A DNA stretch of 32,000 bases from Wigglesworthia glossinidia endosymbiont of Glossina morsitans morsitans (Yale colony) (lineage in GTDB: Bacteria; Pseudomonadota; Gammaproteobacteria; Enterobacterales; Enterobacteriaceae), in NCBI RefSeq assembly GCF_000247565.1, contig NC_016893.1:570001-602000 (forward strand), written 5' to 3'. Shown here piece by piece: positions 31,418-32,000 of the stretch. How positions within the stretch are numbered: the stretch's first letter is position 1; each line of letters begins with the position of its first letter. Position numbers and translations under genes: made by a program. Under the pieces are notes generated by a model. It ran no database searches and was not told where the DNA came from. It worked only from the letters and a program-made list of their open reading frames with translations.

Positions 31418-32000
31418 ATGATTAAAAATGATTTGTTTTTTTCAAAAATTTTAAAATCCGATAAAATTCATTTCATTGGAATTGGAGGTGCCGGTATGGG
31501 TGCACTTGCAGCATTAATGAAAAATTTAGGATATAACATTAGCGGATCAGATATTATTGAAAATTCAATCATCCACGATCTTAGAAAACTAGGTATAAAA
31601 ATTTTTATTAAACATTCCCAAAATAACATTTTTTTTTCTAAATTAGTTGTAGTTTCCAGTGCTATACCAGAAAATAATGAAGAAATTTTTGCTGCAAAAA
31701 AATTTAATATTCCAATTATTAAAAGAGCAGCAATGTTGTTTGAATTGATGAAATTTAAATATAATATTATTATTTCTGGAACACATGGAAAAACAACTAC
31801 GACTGCAATGCTTTATCATATTTTTAAAGCAGCTCAATTAAATCCAACGTATATAAATGGCGGCAAACTAATAAAAGATAATACACGCAGTTATTTAGGT
31901 ACAAGTCGTTATTGGATTGCTGAAGCAGATGAGAGTGATGCTTCTTTTTTATATTTTAAACCTAAAGTAGCTGTAGTAACTAGCATTGAAGCAGAACACT
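31418..32000 (+). CDS. murC: UDP-N-acetylmuramate--L-alanine ligase, 3'-truncated by window end
   Basis: Not in the ORF track because no stop is reached. ATG 31418 opens MIKNDLFFSKILKSDKIHFIGIGGAGMGALAALMKNLGYNISGSD..., ISGTHGKTTTTAML, WIAEADESDASFL, VVTSIEAEH. Confidence 0.96.
   Translation, partial: MIKNDLFFSKILKSDKIHFIGIGGAGMGALAALMKNLGYNISGSDIIENSIIHDLRKLGIKIFIKHSQNNIFFSKLVVVSSAIPENNEEIFAAKKFNIPIIKRAAMLFELMKFKYNIIISGTHGKTTTTAMLYHIFKAAQLNPTYINGGKLIKDNTRSYLGTSRYWIAEADESDASFLYFKPKVAVVTSIEAEH

Overview
This window looks like one ordinary, collinear piece of a strongly reduced, AT-rich gammaproteobacterial (Enterobacterales-type) insect endosymbiont chromosome. I found no mobile element, CRISPR array, phage, toxin-antitoxin, defence or biosynthetic system. 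Two E. coli-like gene blocks are present. Block 1 is ftsH(partial)-folP-glmM-secG-tRNA-Leu(GAG)-tRNA-fMet(CAU)-nusA-infB-rbfA-truB-rpsO-pnp-deaD. Block 2 is the dcw/peptidoglycan cluster rsmH-ftsL-ftsI-murE-murF-mraY-murD-ftsW-murG-murC(partial). Between them lie mdlA-mdlB, gpmA(-), ddlA, holE(-) and ftnA. The strongest observation is a ftsL gene missing from the ORF track: its ATG is separated from a clearly FtsL-like reading frame by an A10 homopolymer, and loss of one A (A9) restores a full-length protein. This is the poly(A)-tract frameshift/slippage situation described for other insect endosymbionts. Smaller points are an Asn at the conserved pterin-site Asp of FolP, C33 in the tRNA-Leu anticodon loop, a U1:A72 pair in the initiator tRNA, a retained holE (DNA pol III theta), a DdlA-type ligase outside the mur cluster, and substitutions in S15, GpmA and MurG. 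Protein comparisons are from recalled E. coli sequences, not from a search.
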